Source of the DNA: Selaginella moellendorffii
Taxonomy: Eukaryota; Plantae; Lycopodiophyta
Direction of reading: 5' to 3'
NCBI RefSeq assembly: GCF_000143415.4
Contig: NW_003314311.1
Span: 134,832 to 198,831, forward strand
DNA length: 64,000 bases
Shown here: positions 1-13,000 of the stretch, piece by piece
Layout: each line of letters starts with the position of its first letter
How positions within the stretch are numbered: the first letter of the stretch is position 1
The notes under the pieces: model-generated
What the model was told of the DNA's origin: nothing
Database searches by the model: none
Seen by the model: the letters and a program-made list of their open reading frames with translations, nothing else
Translations under genes and position numbers: made by a program

Positions 1-17
1 ACTTCCTCCTCAATCGA

Positions 18-716
18 GTGGTGTTCCAGCATTTTTGTCCAGAGCGGATTCTTTCGGATAATAGTCCTGCATTTATGGCTGAGGTATTTCATGTTTTGAC
101 ATCTCGGTTGGGGATATGCCACACTTTTACGAGTGCTTATCATCCACAATTAGACGGTCTGGTGGAATGGCTCGTTCGGACATTCAAAGGGATGATTGCG
201 AAGTATGTGAACTTTCAGCATTCGGATTGGGATGGTTATTTGCTGTCTCTTCGGTATGCCTATGTCACAAGGGTGCAGAGTTCTATTGGTGCTTCACCAT
301 ATAAACTTTTATATGGTCATGATCCAATATTACCAACAGAGCTGGGTTTACCTTCGCGATTGCCACGAGCTCCTGATGCTAGGTCATGGGATCAATATTT
401 GACAAGCATTCTTCCACTTGTCCGAGCAGAGTCTGCCGAACACTTAGGCCATATACAAGTGGGACAACAACGGCGCTACAACTCCCATCATTGTCTACCT
501 GCGGAGTACAAAGTGGATGATTTGGTGTTAGTCCATTTTCCCCATCTTACGGTACGTGGTTTATCTAAGGGGCTCCTTGCGCAGTGGAAAGGACCGTATC
601 GGGTGTTGCGGCAAGTTGGACCACAAGTTTATGAGGTTCGGCATGACGTTCAGCAGGCCAATCCTCCGGAGATTGTGCATGTGCAGCGGTTAAAACGCTT
701 CATACAAAGGGATTAG
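18..716 (+). CDS. C-terminal part of a Ty3/Gypsy integrase (element continues upstream of the window)
   Basis: PERILSDN...FTSAYHPQLDGLVE (rve core D..E), GASPYKLLYG, and WKGPYRVL...VHVQRLKRF (GPY/F SH3-like tail). Confidence 0.9.
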   Translation: MVFQHFCPERILSDNSPAFMAEVFHVLTSRLGICHTFTSAYHPQLDGLVEWLVRTFKGMIAKYVNFQHSDWDGYLLSLRYAYVTRVQSSIGASPYKLLYGHDPILPTELGLPSRLPRAPDARSWDQYLTSILPLVRAESAEHLGHIQVGQQRRYNSHHCLPAEYKVDDLVLVHFPHLTVRGLSKGLLAQWKGPYRVLRQVGPQVYEVRHDVQQANPPEIVHVQRLKRFIQRD

Positions 717-832
717 GAACAGTTAATACCATCTACAGATCCGCGGATGCCTCCTCTTGACGTTCCTCCAGATCCCGGCCCATCTACAAGAGAATCCTAA
801 TGGCCTTCCATTATTCCGAGAGGAGGGGATGA

Positions 833-1007
833 TGTGAGGGCCAAGTGTACGGCTACGATGCCGTATACTAATATTAGCGTAGTGGGATTTTGGTAGCCAT
901 CGGATTGGTTTCAATCCGGACCACTCGCTTCTGTATTTAAGCTAGGGTTTTTGGGCTAATTGATATGCACATTTTTGTATTCCCTTTCCATATTCCATGC
1001 ACTCACA
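833..1007 (+). mobile_element. Short (175 bp) 3' LTR of the Gypsy element above
   Basis: Preceded by polypurine tract GAGAGGAGGGGATGA; termini TGTGAG...CTCACA; homologous to 2948-3121. Confidence 0.85.
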
Positions 1008-2947
1008 TAGTAGCATCATTATTAATTTCATGTATATCATTGTTTATTGGACAATTTATTCTAGCAGATAGTATAAAAAAAACATATATATGTTTAAATC
1101 TGGACTTACATAAGTTGTATAAAATATAGAACCCACTTGTGTATTCCTACTAGAAGGTAATGAGTGTCTTAAAAATCTAATAAAAATTGAAGCTAAAAGA
1201 TCCATATTTATTAGCATTGGAAGTGTTCTATTATCTCCATAATCCTCATAATGAAATATTTGTTGAGAATAATCTATTAAAAAATATAAATAAGTAATTA
1301 AAATAAAACTTTTATATTTCATGTGAGAACGATTAGTATTTGTGATATAAAATTAATCGGATGTATTATTCAATCAAATCAAACAGTCCATTTTGTATAT
1401 AAGATAATATTTAGTATTAACATATTAATTTACAAATAAATCATCCAGTATTATAAAGGCAAAAATATGACATATGTGGAAATGTTAAGTAGTGTCTTAA
1501 CTCTTTTATTCTTTATTGTTTATTCTTTTAATTTTTAGTTTTTCCTTATATTTAATGCTATTTTCTTATGTGATGGTATATGTGCAGTTATATTTTTCAA
1601 TTGCAGATAAATTTACATTTAGTTTGTGTTTTGTGATTGTGTGGATTATAATATTTGCATGGGATATGTCACACATGTGTGCAATCATGTCATCTCCTCT
1701 TTTTTGAGTGATTCAATTCAATCTATAATCCATAGAACTTGGTATCCACTAGAAAGTGCAAAGCATTGTAAGATTTTGTTGTGAGCAATTAATGAGTGAC
1801 TTTTTTATGGTTTTCTTGCTATGGATTTATAGCTAGCAACAGGAGTATACATCCTTCCTATGAAAGAATTTGATGTGAGATTAAGCTCCTTGAGATTTTG
1901 TGGTGGTGGAGATACAAACCAATTGAAGTTGGTAGATTTTCATTGAGATCCAAGCACTTGATCTTTTGCAATTGTGGAGGGATCTTTCTCAAGAGGATGT
2001 TGCTTCTAAGATTGTGCCAAGAGCCTTAGAAGCATGGTGGTGGTAGAAATTAGGCTTTGCTAGGTTACTGAGTGAGATTGACATTTTTGCTTGTAATGCA
2101 TATTCTCTCTATCTTGGCATTACATGGTGACTAATTGATGAGTTTGGTGCTTGAAGAATTATACATAGCACTAATGTGTACAAAACCATACAAACATGGC
2201 ATGCCAATGCTTTGAAAACACTTACGTCCAAACATTAATTTATGAGTCCAAATGTATACTAGAAATAGTGGGTAGGTTAAATGTATAATTATTTGAGACA
2301 TTGTCTTGCTCTCCACTGGGCATTACTATTCTTGTTTGCATCTGGTTTAGGTAAGCCCAAGTTCCATACCATGCTAATTAATTTTAGCATTGGGTTTCTA
2401 AGGGCTATAGGGGGTTTCAAATGTATAGTAGAGTAAAAGCATACTTGACCACTTGAAATATTATTTGGCTCCCTAATAAGTATATATTTATGCTTGTTTT
2501 ACATTTTGTTTCTCAAGTTCCATACCATACTAATTGGTGGAGGCCCCATATCTTTGCATTAAGGCATCAGTATTAAATAGTGTTATACTTTTTTGGCTCC
2601 ATTTTATGTTTTAATCTTAGTGTTGGGAAATGCTTTAGGATTGTTACAATGTTCTAACATATAAATTATTAATATCTTCAATAAATTTATAGATTATATA
2701 TAAGATAAAATTTTGTCTATATGGAACAGAAAGAGCTTGTGGTCTTTCATAATACTCAATTATACAGTGAGTATGCAAAATGAATAAGAATAATAAAGCA
2801 AGAGAAATCAATATAGTAATTTATAAATTTTTCAAGTTATTTTAAATAGTTATATTGAAACTAAATATTAAAAATATAAATACATAAATCTATATAAATG
2901 AAGATTATAATATTATAATTTTTCTTATATTTTCCTTTATATATTAT

Positions 2948-3121
2948 TATGAGGTCTAGATGTACAGCTATAATACCATATACTAATATTAGCCTAATGG
3001 ATTTTAATGCCATCAAATTGGTTGTAATTTGGACCACTCACTCTTATATATAAGCTAGGGTTTTTAGGCTAATTAAATATGGACATTATTGTAATCCATT
3101 TTCATATTACATGCACTCATA
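2948..3121 (+). mobile_element. Decayed copy of the same short LTR
   Basis: Colinear with 833-1007 (ctaatattagc, ggaccactc, taagctagggttttt, catgcactca) with C>T/G>A decay; followed by a degenerate PBS-like TTAGTGGA. Confidence 0.75.
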
Positions 3122-4359
3122 TTAGTGGATATGAGGGTAACTTTGATTGTCTCTAAGGAGTGCTTGGATTTGAGCTTTCAGTTTAGATCTAGCTTTTATA
3201 TCATCTAAATCTCATATACTCTTTTTATTTTCCATTTCTTCTTTTTTGCTTTTCTCCTTTTCATTAATCTTTATTGCAAAATAGTAGCCTTCTCCTCCTT
3301 TGACTCTATCCATATAAGTTTCCCATATGTCTATCTGATGTCTTACAATTCATATGTCTTACAATGTCTTACAATCTGATGTCTTACAATAAGACATTGT
3401 AGTGATATAATAATTTGGTTATAGCCACTCGTGCGGATTGGAGCCTTATCTCAGATGTTTTCAAATGTGCATTTAGACATGTTAATGATTGTGATGATGC
3501 CTTTTAGTACTTACATCATCTTTGCTAAAGGCCATAAGTAAGTTAGTGTTTGCTTCTAGAACCTCTTGTTTATTACGGAACCAAATATGTTAGAGTGGAT
3601 CAAGTTGGGAATGTTGTGGCTAGTGCTTCATAAAGATTTTGTGGAACTAGCTATATATACATTTGCCTTAGCCACCCTTGATGATACTCTTCAACTGACA
3701 CATGACACTCTTCAACTGATGCTATGAGATATTACTTTTCCCATATATCATTACATGTACTTCACTTCCAGTTTTAGTGGGAGATGATCTTGTTCTGATG
3801 CAAGTTGATGCTATTACTTCTTGTGTTCAAGGGCAAAGGCAAGGGCAAGGATAATGTCATGGTTGTTAGGTGCCAGCTTTGGCCACGTGGTTAGCATCGG
3901 TAAAAGGGAAGCTCAAGAGTATATGAAGGCATATTAGGGTAAGGAACTTAACCTACCCTAGGGCTCATAGTGGAGTGGCAGTATAGTGGAGCTTTTGAGG
4001 TAGTTCGGGGGGGTGGTTAGGTGGTGAGGAACCTTAAGAGGAGGTGTAACATAGTTTAGGAAGACTAAATTTTTGTCTTTTCGCGCCAAATTATAATATT
4101 GGTATCATAAGAGTTGGTTGCGATGGTTGACCAAGTTGAATACTAGAATCCTATTGTCGATGGTGGTGCCAAAGATGGTGCTAATGGAGCTATGGAGGTT
4201 TAAATCATTCAAGATGTTGTTCATGAGCTCTAAATGAAAATCAACAAAAGATGCAAGATAAGATGCATGGCATGATGGATACCATGCATGAGCATGTTGA
4301 GGCACTCAAGGCTAGATGTGGTAGCACTCCAAGAAGCCTTCCTTGGTAGATTGACTCAA

Positions 4360-5270
4360 GATTTTAACCTTTACCACATATAAGTAAGAGTTACTCTCTA
4401 TTATTCATACTTTACAGACGTGGCAACACTATCTTTATGGTGTAGTGTTTGTGGTGAAGATGGATCACAAACCTTTTGTGTATCTTTTTACACAGAAGGA
4501 GTTGAACACTAGGCAAGCTCATTTGATGGTTAAACTTATGGAGTTTGGGGAATTTCTTATTGAGCATTGTTTGGGAACATTAAATGTGGTGGCAAATATT
4601 TTATCTCATATTTGTCATACAATGGCAGAATATGAAGTTGAGTATTGTAAATCATGCAAGCTCTGTTAGCAAGTAAAGGTGCCATAGGAGAAGCCAAGAG
4701 GACTTTTGCAACCTTTACTTATTCCTTAGAGCTGTTAATGTAGTATTTTTATGGATTTCATTACTTGTTTGCCACACACACAAAAGCAAAAAGAGCAAAT
4801 ATGGGTTATAGTGGATCGGTTGATGAAGTATGTGCAATTGTTGGCTCTTCGGAAGATTATCATTGCCTCAAACTTAGTTATAGTCTATTTAGAGAAGGTT
4901 TTTCCTGATTTTAGTTTGCCAGAGGACATCATTAGTGATTGAAATTCAAAATTCACAAGTGGATTTAGGAAGAGCTTTGCAAAAGCTATGCAAGTGATTT
5001 TGAAACTCTCAAATGAAGATCACCCACAGACAGATTTGCAAACCAAGTGTGTGAATCAGGTGGTGGAAGATATACTATGCTGTAGCATTGGTAAAAGGTA
5101 GGGACAATGAGATTTATATCTTTCGTTGGTGCAATTTGCTTACAACAATAGCTTCCACCAAATGGCTAGGGGATGATAGCACAAATGGAAGGAGGATTTC
5201 ACTAATTTACACCCGGCTAGAGCTCTTTCCACCAAGAAGAAGGTGTTGTTTTTGTTCCCAGAATTCCTAG
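4360..5270 (+). pseudogene. Decayed Gypsy pol remnant (RNase H and integrase)
   Basis: W.HYLYG..FVVKMDHKP...LNTRQ, NVVANILS, MDFITCLP...WVIVDRLMKY, PEDIISD, HPQTD, with many stops and frameshifts. Confidence 0.8.
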
Positions 5271-5542
5271 AAAATTTATGGATTCTCAACTATGGGCAGT
5301 GTGACATCCATAGTTGCAGCTAGGTTTGCCTTCTTCCCCCTGACGCCACTGTCATATGCAATGATCCAGGACTAGATCACTAGCCACTCGGATGTAGGCT
5401 GTGTGATTATTATCAACTAGTTGTTTTTGATCTTATGGTCTTGTTGGGCCAAAAAAAAAAAATGTTACTCTCAGCAATAGATATCTAGGCTCTCACAACA
5501 ATTAAGAACGTAGTGAAATGTGATACATGATGTGAATTGCAA

Positions 5543-6420
5543 AATTCTATGAATTATCAAAGGGTATGTGCTTGAGCGCTTGCGCGGATGAATAGCGATG
5601 ACTTTTCACTCGCAGTCTCAGAAAATAATGTCCCTGAAACGCCCAAGAAAGTTGTAAAACAACTACTTAGTGAATCACTCCTGCTAGAATTTCCACCTCA
5701 GCAACCAAATCTCCCTTACCTCATGGGAATCTATAAAGCGCACAAGAATAAAATGTGCTGGTTAACAAATGTAGAGGGATGTGCCATTTTTGAAATCACA
5801 ATATGCCTAACAGCTATCTTAAAAGGGATACAGGAGGCACTACAAAACATGGCTGATGATTTCTATGCACGGGCAAAATTCTTTGGAGGAAAGACGAATG
5901 CATGCTGGATCCGTGGATCCACAAAGGAGTTCACGATTAATCTCCCAAACAGGATCACCATGATCTACACGGGGGATATCACCAAGTGCTATGAAGACAT
6001 CCCCCTTGAGGGAAATCAAGGCCTTACGACGGCCATGACAAATCTTGTCAATTTAGCTTTTGCACACCAAAACCACCTCCAAAAAGACCTTTTTCTGATT
6101 CAAAAGAAGAATGGCGAGCTTGAGGCTGAATGGAAACCTCAGCGCCACTCATCAGTAAAGGCTACTAGAATGGATCCAACAAAAGTTATCGTGCTAAATA
6201 ACTTTATTATCCGGAACACATATGTCCGGCTGGGCAATAGAGTATGGAGACAAGTTCGAGGAATTCCTATGGGCTTCTCGTGCTCACCTTTGTGGTGTAA
6301 CTTGTACCTGTTCTATTTCGAGTATAACTTTATTACTCGACTCAAAAGTGTAGGCCGGTATGATTTGTTGCACCTCTTTGAGCACCTCTGGAATTCTATG
6401 AATTATCAAAGGGCATGTGC
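5543..6420. repeat. 29-bp direct repeat (5543-5571 / 6392-6420) bracketing the PLE RT fragment
   Basis: AATTCTATGAATTATCAAAGGG(T/C)ATGTGC on both sides. Confidence 0.9.
5588..6391 (+). pseudogene. Internal fragment of a Penelope-like element (PLE) reverse transcriptase
   Basis: PYLMGIYKAHK, TGDITKCYEDIP, WRQVRGIPMGFSCSPLWCNLYL..FE resemble PLE/TERT-like RT motifs; truncated just before the YxDD motif. Confidence 0.75.
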
Positions 6421-6759
6421 CTAAGTGTACACAACCATTTGCTACCTCATGTTCACTCTGTGAGTGTGGGGCGAATATGGCCATTCATGGACTTGTGTTC
6501 CGGTCAGCTTGATTGCATGTGGATAGTGTGGCCCTTGACTTGTCCATGTAGCATCGATGGCACGCACAACACCTAGTGGCAAATTGAAACTAAATTAAGT
6601 CCTTACTTTGTTATGTTTAAAAAGCATCCCTGAACAACAGTGGAATTGGGATTGCATTTGAGTAAGGATGTTCAAGACAAGTTTAATTCAGAGGTGATTG
6701 ATTTAGCCATAGAACTTGATGAGATTTTGATGGTGTGAAAATAGAATTTGCAGGGTTGT

Positions 6760-7330
6760 GAGGGGTTTTAAATGAATGTGTAATAGGGATAGTGGGTAGG
6801 TTGAATATGACCAACTAACCTAAAGCTTAATCTAGCTCCCACTTGTCCTTGTTTTGAATGTTTGTGCCTGTCCTTGTGTTGCATTTGGCTCAGGTCTAAG
6901 CCTAAGTTCTAAACCATACTAGCTAGTGAAGTATCCATATCATCCTGTTAGACCACTAGTATGCTGAAATAGCACTAGACTTTGTTTGGCTCCATTTTGC
7001 ATACTGATTCTAGCATTGGGATGTTAAAAGCTCTATAACTAATCCAAGTCATTTTGTGCTACTATCCCTTTGCTCTTTGGGCTGAACACTCAAGAGTCAC
7101 TCTATGCTTTGGTTCCTTTGCTCCTTAGTTGTAAGCTTGGAAGTTTGGCTTTGTTCCTTCATTTGGTGGCCCAAGGCCCTGAAACATGGGTTCCAATCTA
7201 TTGTCCTTGGACAAATAGCATGTGGCATATAGCATATGACATATGGTTTATGATAATTTAGATTGCACTTCATTGTTATCCTATGATAAATCACTATAGG
7301 ATAAAGGGTGAAAACCACATACATTACAAC
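6760..7330 (+). mobile_element. Decayed LTR fragment (relatives at ~2400-2650, 14041-14980, 42121-42672, 48762-49477)
   Basis: Shared blocks tgtatagtaggg..gtgggtaggt, ttggctccattttgcat..ctagcattgggatg, gataaagggtgaaaaccac. Confidence 0.6.
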
Positions 7331-8289
7331 CATGAGGAAATAGAAATTGCATGTATTGATTCTTGCACTAAATCTAGAATCTTGATGCTAAACCATGTAT
7401 CCCAACCAAATCTACAAGACATGATTACTATTTCTTGAATTGATTCCCAAATGAGAATAAAACCCACTTATCCTATCTAAAAAGAATGAAAAATAAAAAT
7501 ACATCTTTAGAATTTGAGCATGATGCCTAGAATTTTGTAGTTGGGCACATTCCTCCTTGCTTCTAAAGTCTCTCCAACACTAGTGCCATCACTACAACTT
7601 GACTAGAAGGCAATCCTCCCTAGTGGAGTCACCAAATATTGAAAGGGGAGCCTCTCAACAATGAGGAGAACACTCTTTTATACATTGAAATCCTACTCAA
7701 ACATATTTGTTATGTGAACTCTCTTACCCTAGAAAAATAAGGAAGAAGGGGAATATACTCTTGTGCCCTAGCATCTTCTCACACCTTTAAAATATTTTGA
7801 TAATAAATATTTTAGGGAATCTTGCTCAAAGCTCTAAACCATCTCTTAACACTTAAGAGTAGATTGTTAGATGGAGAAAGTGTGTAGTTGAGGCATTAAC
7901 ACTATTAATACTTGTGTTAATGGAAGTGGCATTGTTATGTCAAGTGATGAGGAGTTTCCTTTAGAGTTTGATTTTTTATATCAAGTTTTAGGTGTTCATT
8001 TTGCATTTTATGGATGTCATATGTTGATTATATGGGCATTATATTTGATGCTTAAGCATACTCACCATAGAAAAAACTTTCAAATGAAAGAAAACTATAT
8101 ACATATATGACAGCTTTAAATTAGTTAAAATATGTAGTCAAATCAAAATATGACAACTGTAACAATAGTCATAGTAAAATAATATAGCTTTAGAAAAGAT
8201 AGATTCTCGTTTTAAAATGACTCATTCTAGTAGAAACTTTTGACCTAGGTACCTATATGTTTCAATATTTTAAATTTCATCAGAACCTT

Positions 8290-8755
8290 TGAGTAAGGCT
8301 TTTTCTGTTTATACTCACATTCTTGCCTTTACCTTCAAAATAGTGATAAACAAACAAAAATAAGAATGTACAGAAGAGAAGAATAGAAAAAGAATGAAAA
8401 GAGAATAAAAGAGAACTTAACCTTGAACCCCAAAAGTGTGAATAAGGATAAACATATGTCACTCTCTTAACTCTACTTTACACAAACAGTTATGGGTGGG
8501 AAAAAAGTTAGTTAATTCAATGCAAATGCATACAATAGTGAGTGAGGGTTGTTTTTCAGCATGTTAAGTGCTACTTATATACTACATAATTTTATAACCA
8601 TTCCTAACTAATTCATGCTTATCTATGATGAGTATTGCCTAGGTCAAGTCTTTCTTCTTTGGATGCCTAAGCTTAGGCATAATTCCATTTTGCTTAAGCT
8701 TTCTTTTTATGCTTTGCCTAGGAAGATACATAAGATAAAACATTTACCTCTTCAT
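8290..8755 (+). repeat. Dispersed repeat, second copy at ~47865-48300
   Basis: Colinear blocks aaggctttttctg, tgaacccc, aaatgcat..aatagtgagtgagggttgtttttcagca, agataaaacatttacctcttcat. Confidence 0.8.
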
Positions 8756-9409
8756 CACTCCCCAATGACAAAGTTACTTCCTGTCCTCAAATAGTTGGAT
8801 TGTCCAAATTCTGCTCTAGGTTGTTGAGCTTACTTTTCATAGTAACAAGCTCAAGGCTTTGGTGTAGATCGTCAAGTTCTTAACACATGATCTAATTTTC
8901 CTGGTTAAGCATTATGATGCACTCTGCGTCGGTGGATATGGAAGTTAAGATTGAACTCTTGAGTTCTTGGATTATATAGCATTGATAATTCTACTCGCTT
9001 ATAACTCTATCCACTTTCTTAGTGATTGTCTTGAGGTAGCTCAAAACTTGCACTTAGTATTTTGTAGCTTCCTTGTCTTCTACTGATTGCATCAGCTCAC
9101 TAGTTGCTTGCCTCTTCCCTTGATATGTTGAGTAAACTCCTCCATGAAGTTTAGGATTTTTGGCTTGCTTGGCTGATTCATAGTCTTGTGAGCGAAGGTG
9201 CAATTAGCCTTGACTATATAGTGCTACTGTGGTGTCTATTGCTGTTGTGGCTGCCTCATCTTGCTAGATTGATTGATCAAAAGTGTGTCACTATCAGATG
9301 TATAGGTGGACTAGAGAAGACTAAGTTTGTACTCCTTCGGTTCACCTACACTCTCTTTTGTAGCTTATCAATTTAGATTTGAAATTGATCCAATGATTTT
9401 TGACCCAAT

Positions 9410-10002
9410 TGTAAGCAACCAAAGGGAACGACTCGAGAGACGATCCATGGGGTTCAAATATAGAGGGAAAGGGCCCATGAACAAGAGTGCACCCCCTTTT
9501 CCAATCGGTTAAGGGTCTTGGGATAGTTGGAGTTAAGCGTCCTTGGGTTTGAATAGTACTGGGCTGGGTGACCTCCCGGGAAGTCCAAACTCAGGAGCTT
9601 ACATTTGGTATCAGAGGGGTCTCGGGTCCGACTCTGTTGGTTGGCTAAGGGAATCACACCACATGTTGATTGACATCTGGCTGGTCCAGTTTGCTCCCGC
9701 TGGGCTCGACCTGAGGGGTAGGGTGTCAAGAGAGCGAGGCTCTCGAGAGAGCTGCGGCTCTCAGCTTCCGTTCACGAGGGCGTGAACTTGCAGGGAAGCG
9801 TGGTGGATTGTAAGCAACCAAAGGGAACGACTCGAGAGACGATCCATGGGGTTCAAATATAGAGGGAAAGGGCCCATGAACAAGAGTGCACCCCCTTTTC
9901 CAATCGGTTAAGGGTCTTGGGATAGTTGGAGTTAAGCGTCCTTGGGTTTGAATAGTACTGGGCTGGGTGACCTCCCGGGAAGTCCAAACTCAGGAGCTTA
10001 CA
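9410..10002 (+). mobile_element. Intact Cassandra TRIM (5S rRNA-derived LTRs)
   Basis: Two apparently identical 194-bp LTRs (9410-9603, 9809-10002; TGTAAGC...GCTTACA), Met-tRNA PBS TGGTATCAGAG at 9606, 205-bp non-coding interior, PPT-like GGGAAGCGTGGTGGAT, 5-bp TSD CCAAT. Confidence 0.97.
9531..9586 (+). promoter_or_regulatory. 5S rRNA-derived Pol III internal promoter (A box/IE/C box) in Cassandra 5' LTR; second copy at 9930-9985
   Basis: AGTTAAGCGTcCTTGGGtttgAaTAGTACTgGGcTGGGTGACCTCCcGGGAAGTCC matches the plant 5S rRNA control region. Confidence 0.92.
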
Positions 10003-13000
10003 CCAATTATCAGCAAGTGTATTTCTGTCTATAGGTATCCAAGCTTTATTGTGAACTGTTAAAGTTCCTCTAATAGCTTTTTTGCCTAAGATTGCATAAA
10101 ATTTTAACAATTGTCTAGTAGGTAGAATTTTATAAATCTTTTATAAGTTATAATACTGGGGATTTACTTCTAACTCAGATAGATAGACTATTTCTTTATC
10201 TAGGAAAAATCTTAGTACTATTTTCTTTATATCCACAAATATAAGTCTCGCTTACACTGTGTATTTATAAAGTAATTTAGGTGTATTATCACACTTTATT
10301 TGACAATAGTAAAGGTATTGGGAGTCAAAATTCTATATATCTTGAGTAGAATATTGTTAAGTACCTCGCTTGGTAATTTGTCGAGTTGTTTAAGTAATTT
10401 CATTGAACCTATCATTTGTTGGCATAATTAAGCACACAAAATAGTTTATTTTTTGTTTTTTTATATTTTTGCCTAGTCATATAAAGTGGGGATCAACCAA
10501 CTTTTGTGTGGGTCTATAAGCATAATGTATGTTTTGATAGGTGTGATGGATTGCTGGTAAATATTTTTATTTTGTTTACTCCGATTCCCTCATTCAACTT
10601 CTATCAAGATTGTGGAGGGTCATTAATCCTCAATCTCTCCACCTAGATGCGTAGGAGGACCTTTCTATTTTGCCTATACTTAGTGTGGTTAAAATTAATT
10701 TAGTGCAAGGCCTCTGATGCATAATAGCCAATTCTAGAGTAGCCTGCCTACTTCACAGTGGGTCTTACCCTTTGGCTTACAACCAATTTTGCATTTAAAA
10801 TTATGAAATTAGAAAGAGTGGTATATTGCTTTTGGCAAATTCTAGGTAAACCTCTTTTAAACGGATCAACACTAAAAGCTAATTTGAATGGGGGGTGGAG
10901 ACCATTCCATGAAATTGCCTTGTACAATTAACATAAGGGTTAAAATATCTAGTGCATGATAGCATATTCTAGATCAATTTCATTGTGGAATGACATTAGG
11001 TGGTTTTTCAAGCATATAATAGCTAATTTGTGGAAGATTTTGTTTCAGATCTAGACAAAAATTATTTTTCAAGGCAGATTTCTCTCTAGCTTCTTTACCA
11101 ATAGGTGACAATAGTCAATATAAATCTCTACTCAAGCTTGTTTGACAAATTCTTAAGTTTTGCAAATTCTTAAGCTTTGCAATGTATTTCAAAATTTTTA
11201 GAAGTGTCTGAGGTTATTTCACAATTTTAAATAAAACCCTTTTTTATATTTCAAAGCTTGTTCTAGTTCTTTAGAGATCAAAGTAACAGTAGTAGTGTCT
11301 CCAAGACTTAGGCATAACAACAAGCTTTACAACTCTTTATTTTGTGTTTATAGCGTGAAGCTTCTTGATTGCTTCATCTAGCAAAAGCTCAATTAACATG
11401 GGGTGATTTATGCATTCCAAACGTATGCAGAAATTGAACTATAACTCTTACTGAGGTAGTTGTATAAGTTTTCCTACATAAAAAATATTCACTAGGTGGA
11501 AATTCTCTCTTGTGAAGAGATACATACATTTGTGAATCACATCTCATAAAGGGTGGTTCATGCCTTGCAAATAGTGTTTCATGCCTAGAGTGCTTAATAT
11601 TTCCTCTAGCAATTGAGCATTGCTTAATTAGTTTGAAGGGTAAATTTTCACATCTATTCACTTGTATATTTGTTCTTTATCTATGCCTTACTTTAGGAAG
11701 TATGGGGCATATTTCATGTGATTGCCCTTGATTCCTCCTTATGGGGTTAGATATGATGTGAGTGCTCTCAAAATTTATAGGAAAGTGACACCTTTCACAT
11801 TGAACAGTGTTTGTAATCTCAAATATTTGAGTAATCTCTCTATGTATAAAAGATGAGTCTTGATTAATTAGCTTAGGTGTACTAGGTACAAAGTAACATA
11901 TTGAACATTAAATATAATAATGTTTTGTGCTTTCAAGATGTCTCACCATGTAACCATATCAAGAAAAAAATCTTGTAAAAACATATGACACTACTCTTGA
12001 AGTGCTGAAGGCCATCCCTCTCTAGTAGGAAGATCTAAAATTTCATATATAGGGATCTTTAGTTTAACTTCATTATAACCCCTAATAGAAAGAGGATTGT
12101 TATGTGGAGTTCAACTGGGTTTTACTTATTTATTCTCTATAAAATTATTGAGTACAGTTTTGACATGCTTGAAACTGGAAAAGAGCAAATGGGGCTAGAG
12201 TTGAACTAAAGTTTGAGTTCACATCTGTTGTAGTCTATATAGCCGAAGCCCCTAATAGGGAATTTGAGGGACTTAGGGGGGTATATGTTCTATTGCTTGT
12301 TATATAGAGGTGAAGATGGAATATTGGTATAACTTAGGGATGGAGATAGAGATTGATATGAAATATTGAGGGGTAAGTACAAGTAGCGATGACTTTCCTT
12401 TTACCCATTCCTATATAAACCTTTTAGCTTTGCAAGGAGCTTAACAGAAAAATTATGATAGCTATAATTTTTCTTGGTAATTTATATACTAAATTTTGTC
12501 TTGGGAATGAGGTTTATTTATTATGACATTGATAATACTTATATTCTTGAAATATCTATCTCAGAGATAAGGCTTCATAACCAAATGTTGCTGCACCATT
12601 GTAGGAGGATGTGAAGCTCCACTCCTATAAGGCCCCCATCAAAGGTATTAAAGAAACTCCTAGCCGTTTAGGAGAAATTGAAATCCAAAAGTGGAAACAC
12701 TTCCTTCAAGGGAAAAAAGGAAGAGGAAGGAAGAGAGCCCCATATGATGCTACTGTAGTGCATGTGTTACTACTGCTGTCCTCCACACTCCCTCCTTCGC
12801 TCCTCCTCCCACTCTCTCCCTAGTGCCTTCTTGCTCACTCTTGACACTTAGAAGGTTTTGGTTTTTACGTTTTGGCTAACAATTGAGTTGGATACCACAA
12901 ATGACTCCCAAAAACATTGTGAAAATATACCTTGTTTTTCTCATATAAAAGGATTGGGATATAATCAGGTAAGTAGAGTTTTCTATATAAAGTATTGTAT

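Noticed and set aside
7615-7640. Minus-strand PBS-like TGGTGACTCCACTAGGG (Tat/Ogre-like)
   Set aside because: No matching LTR pair or coding remnant could be delimited
9531-9586. Genuine 5S rRNA gene
   Set aside because: Only the internal ~56-bp control region matches, and it is embedded in Cassandra LTRs
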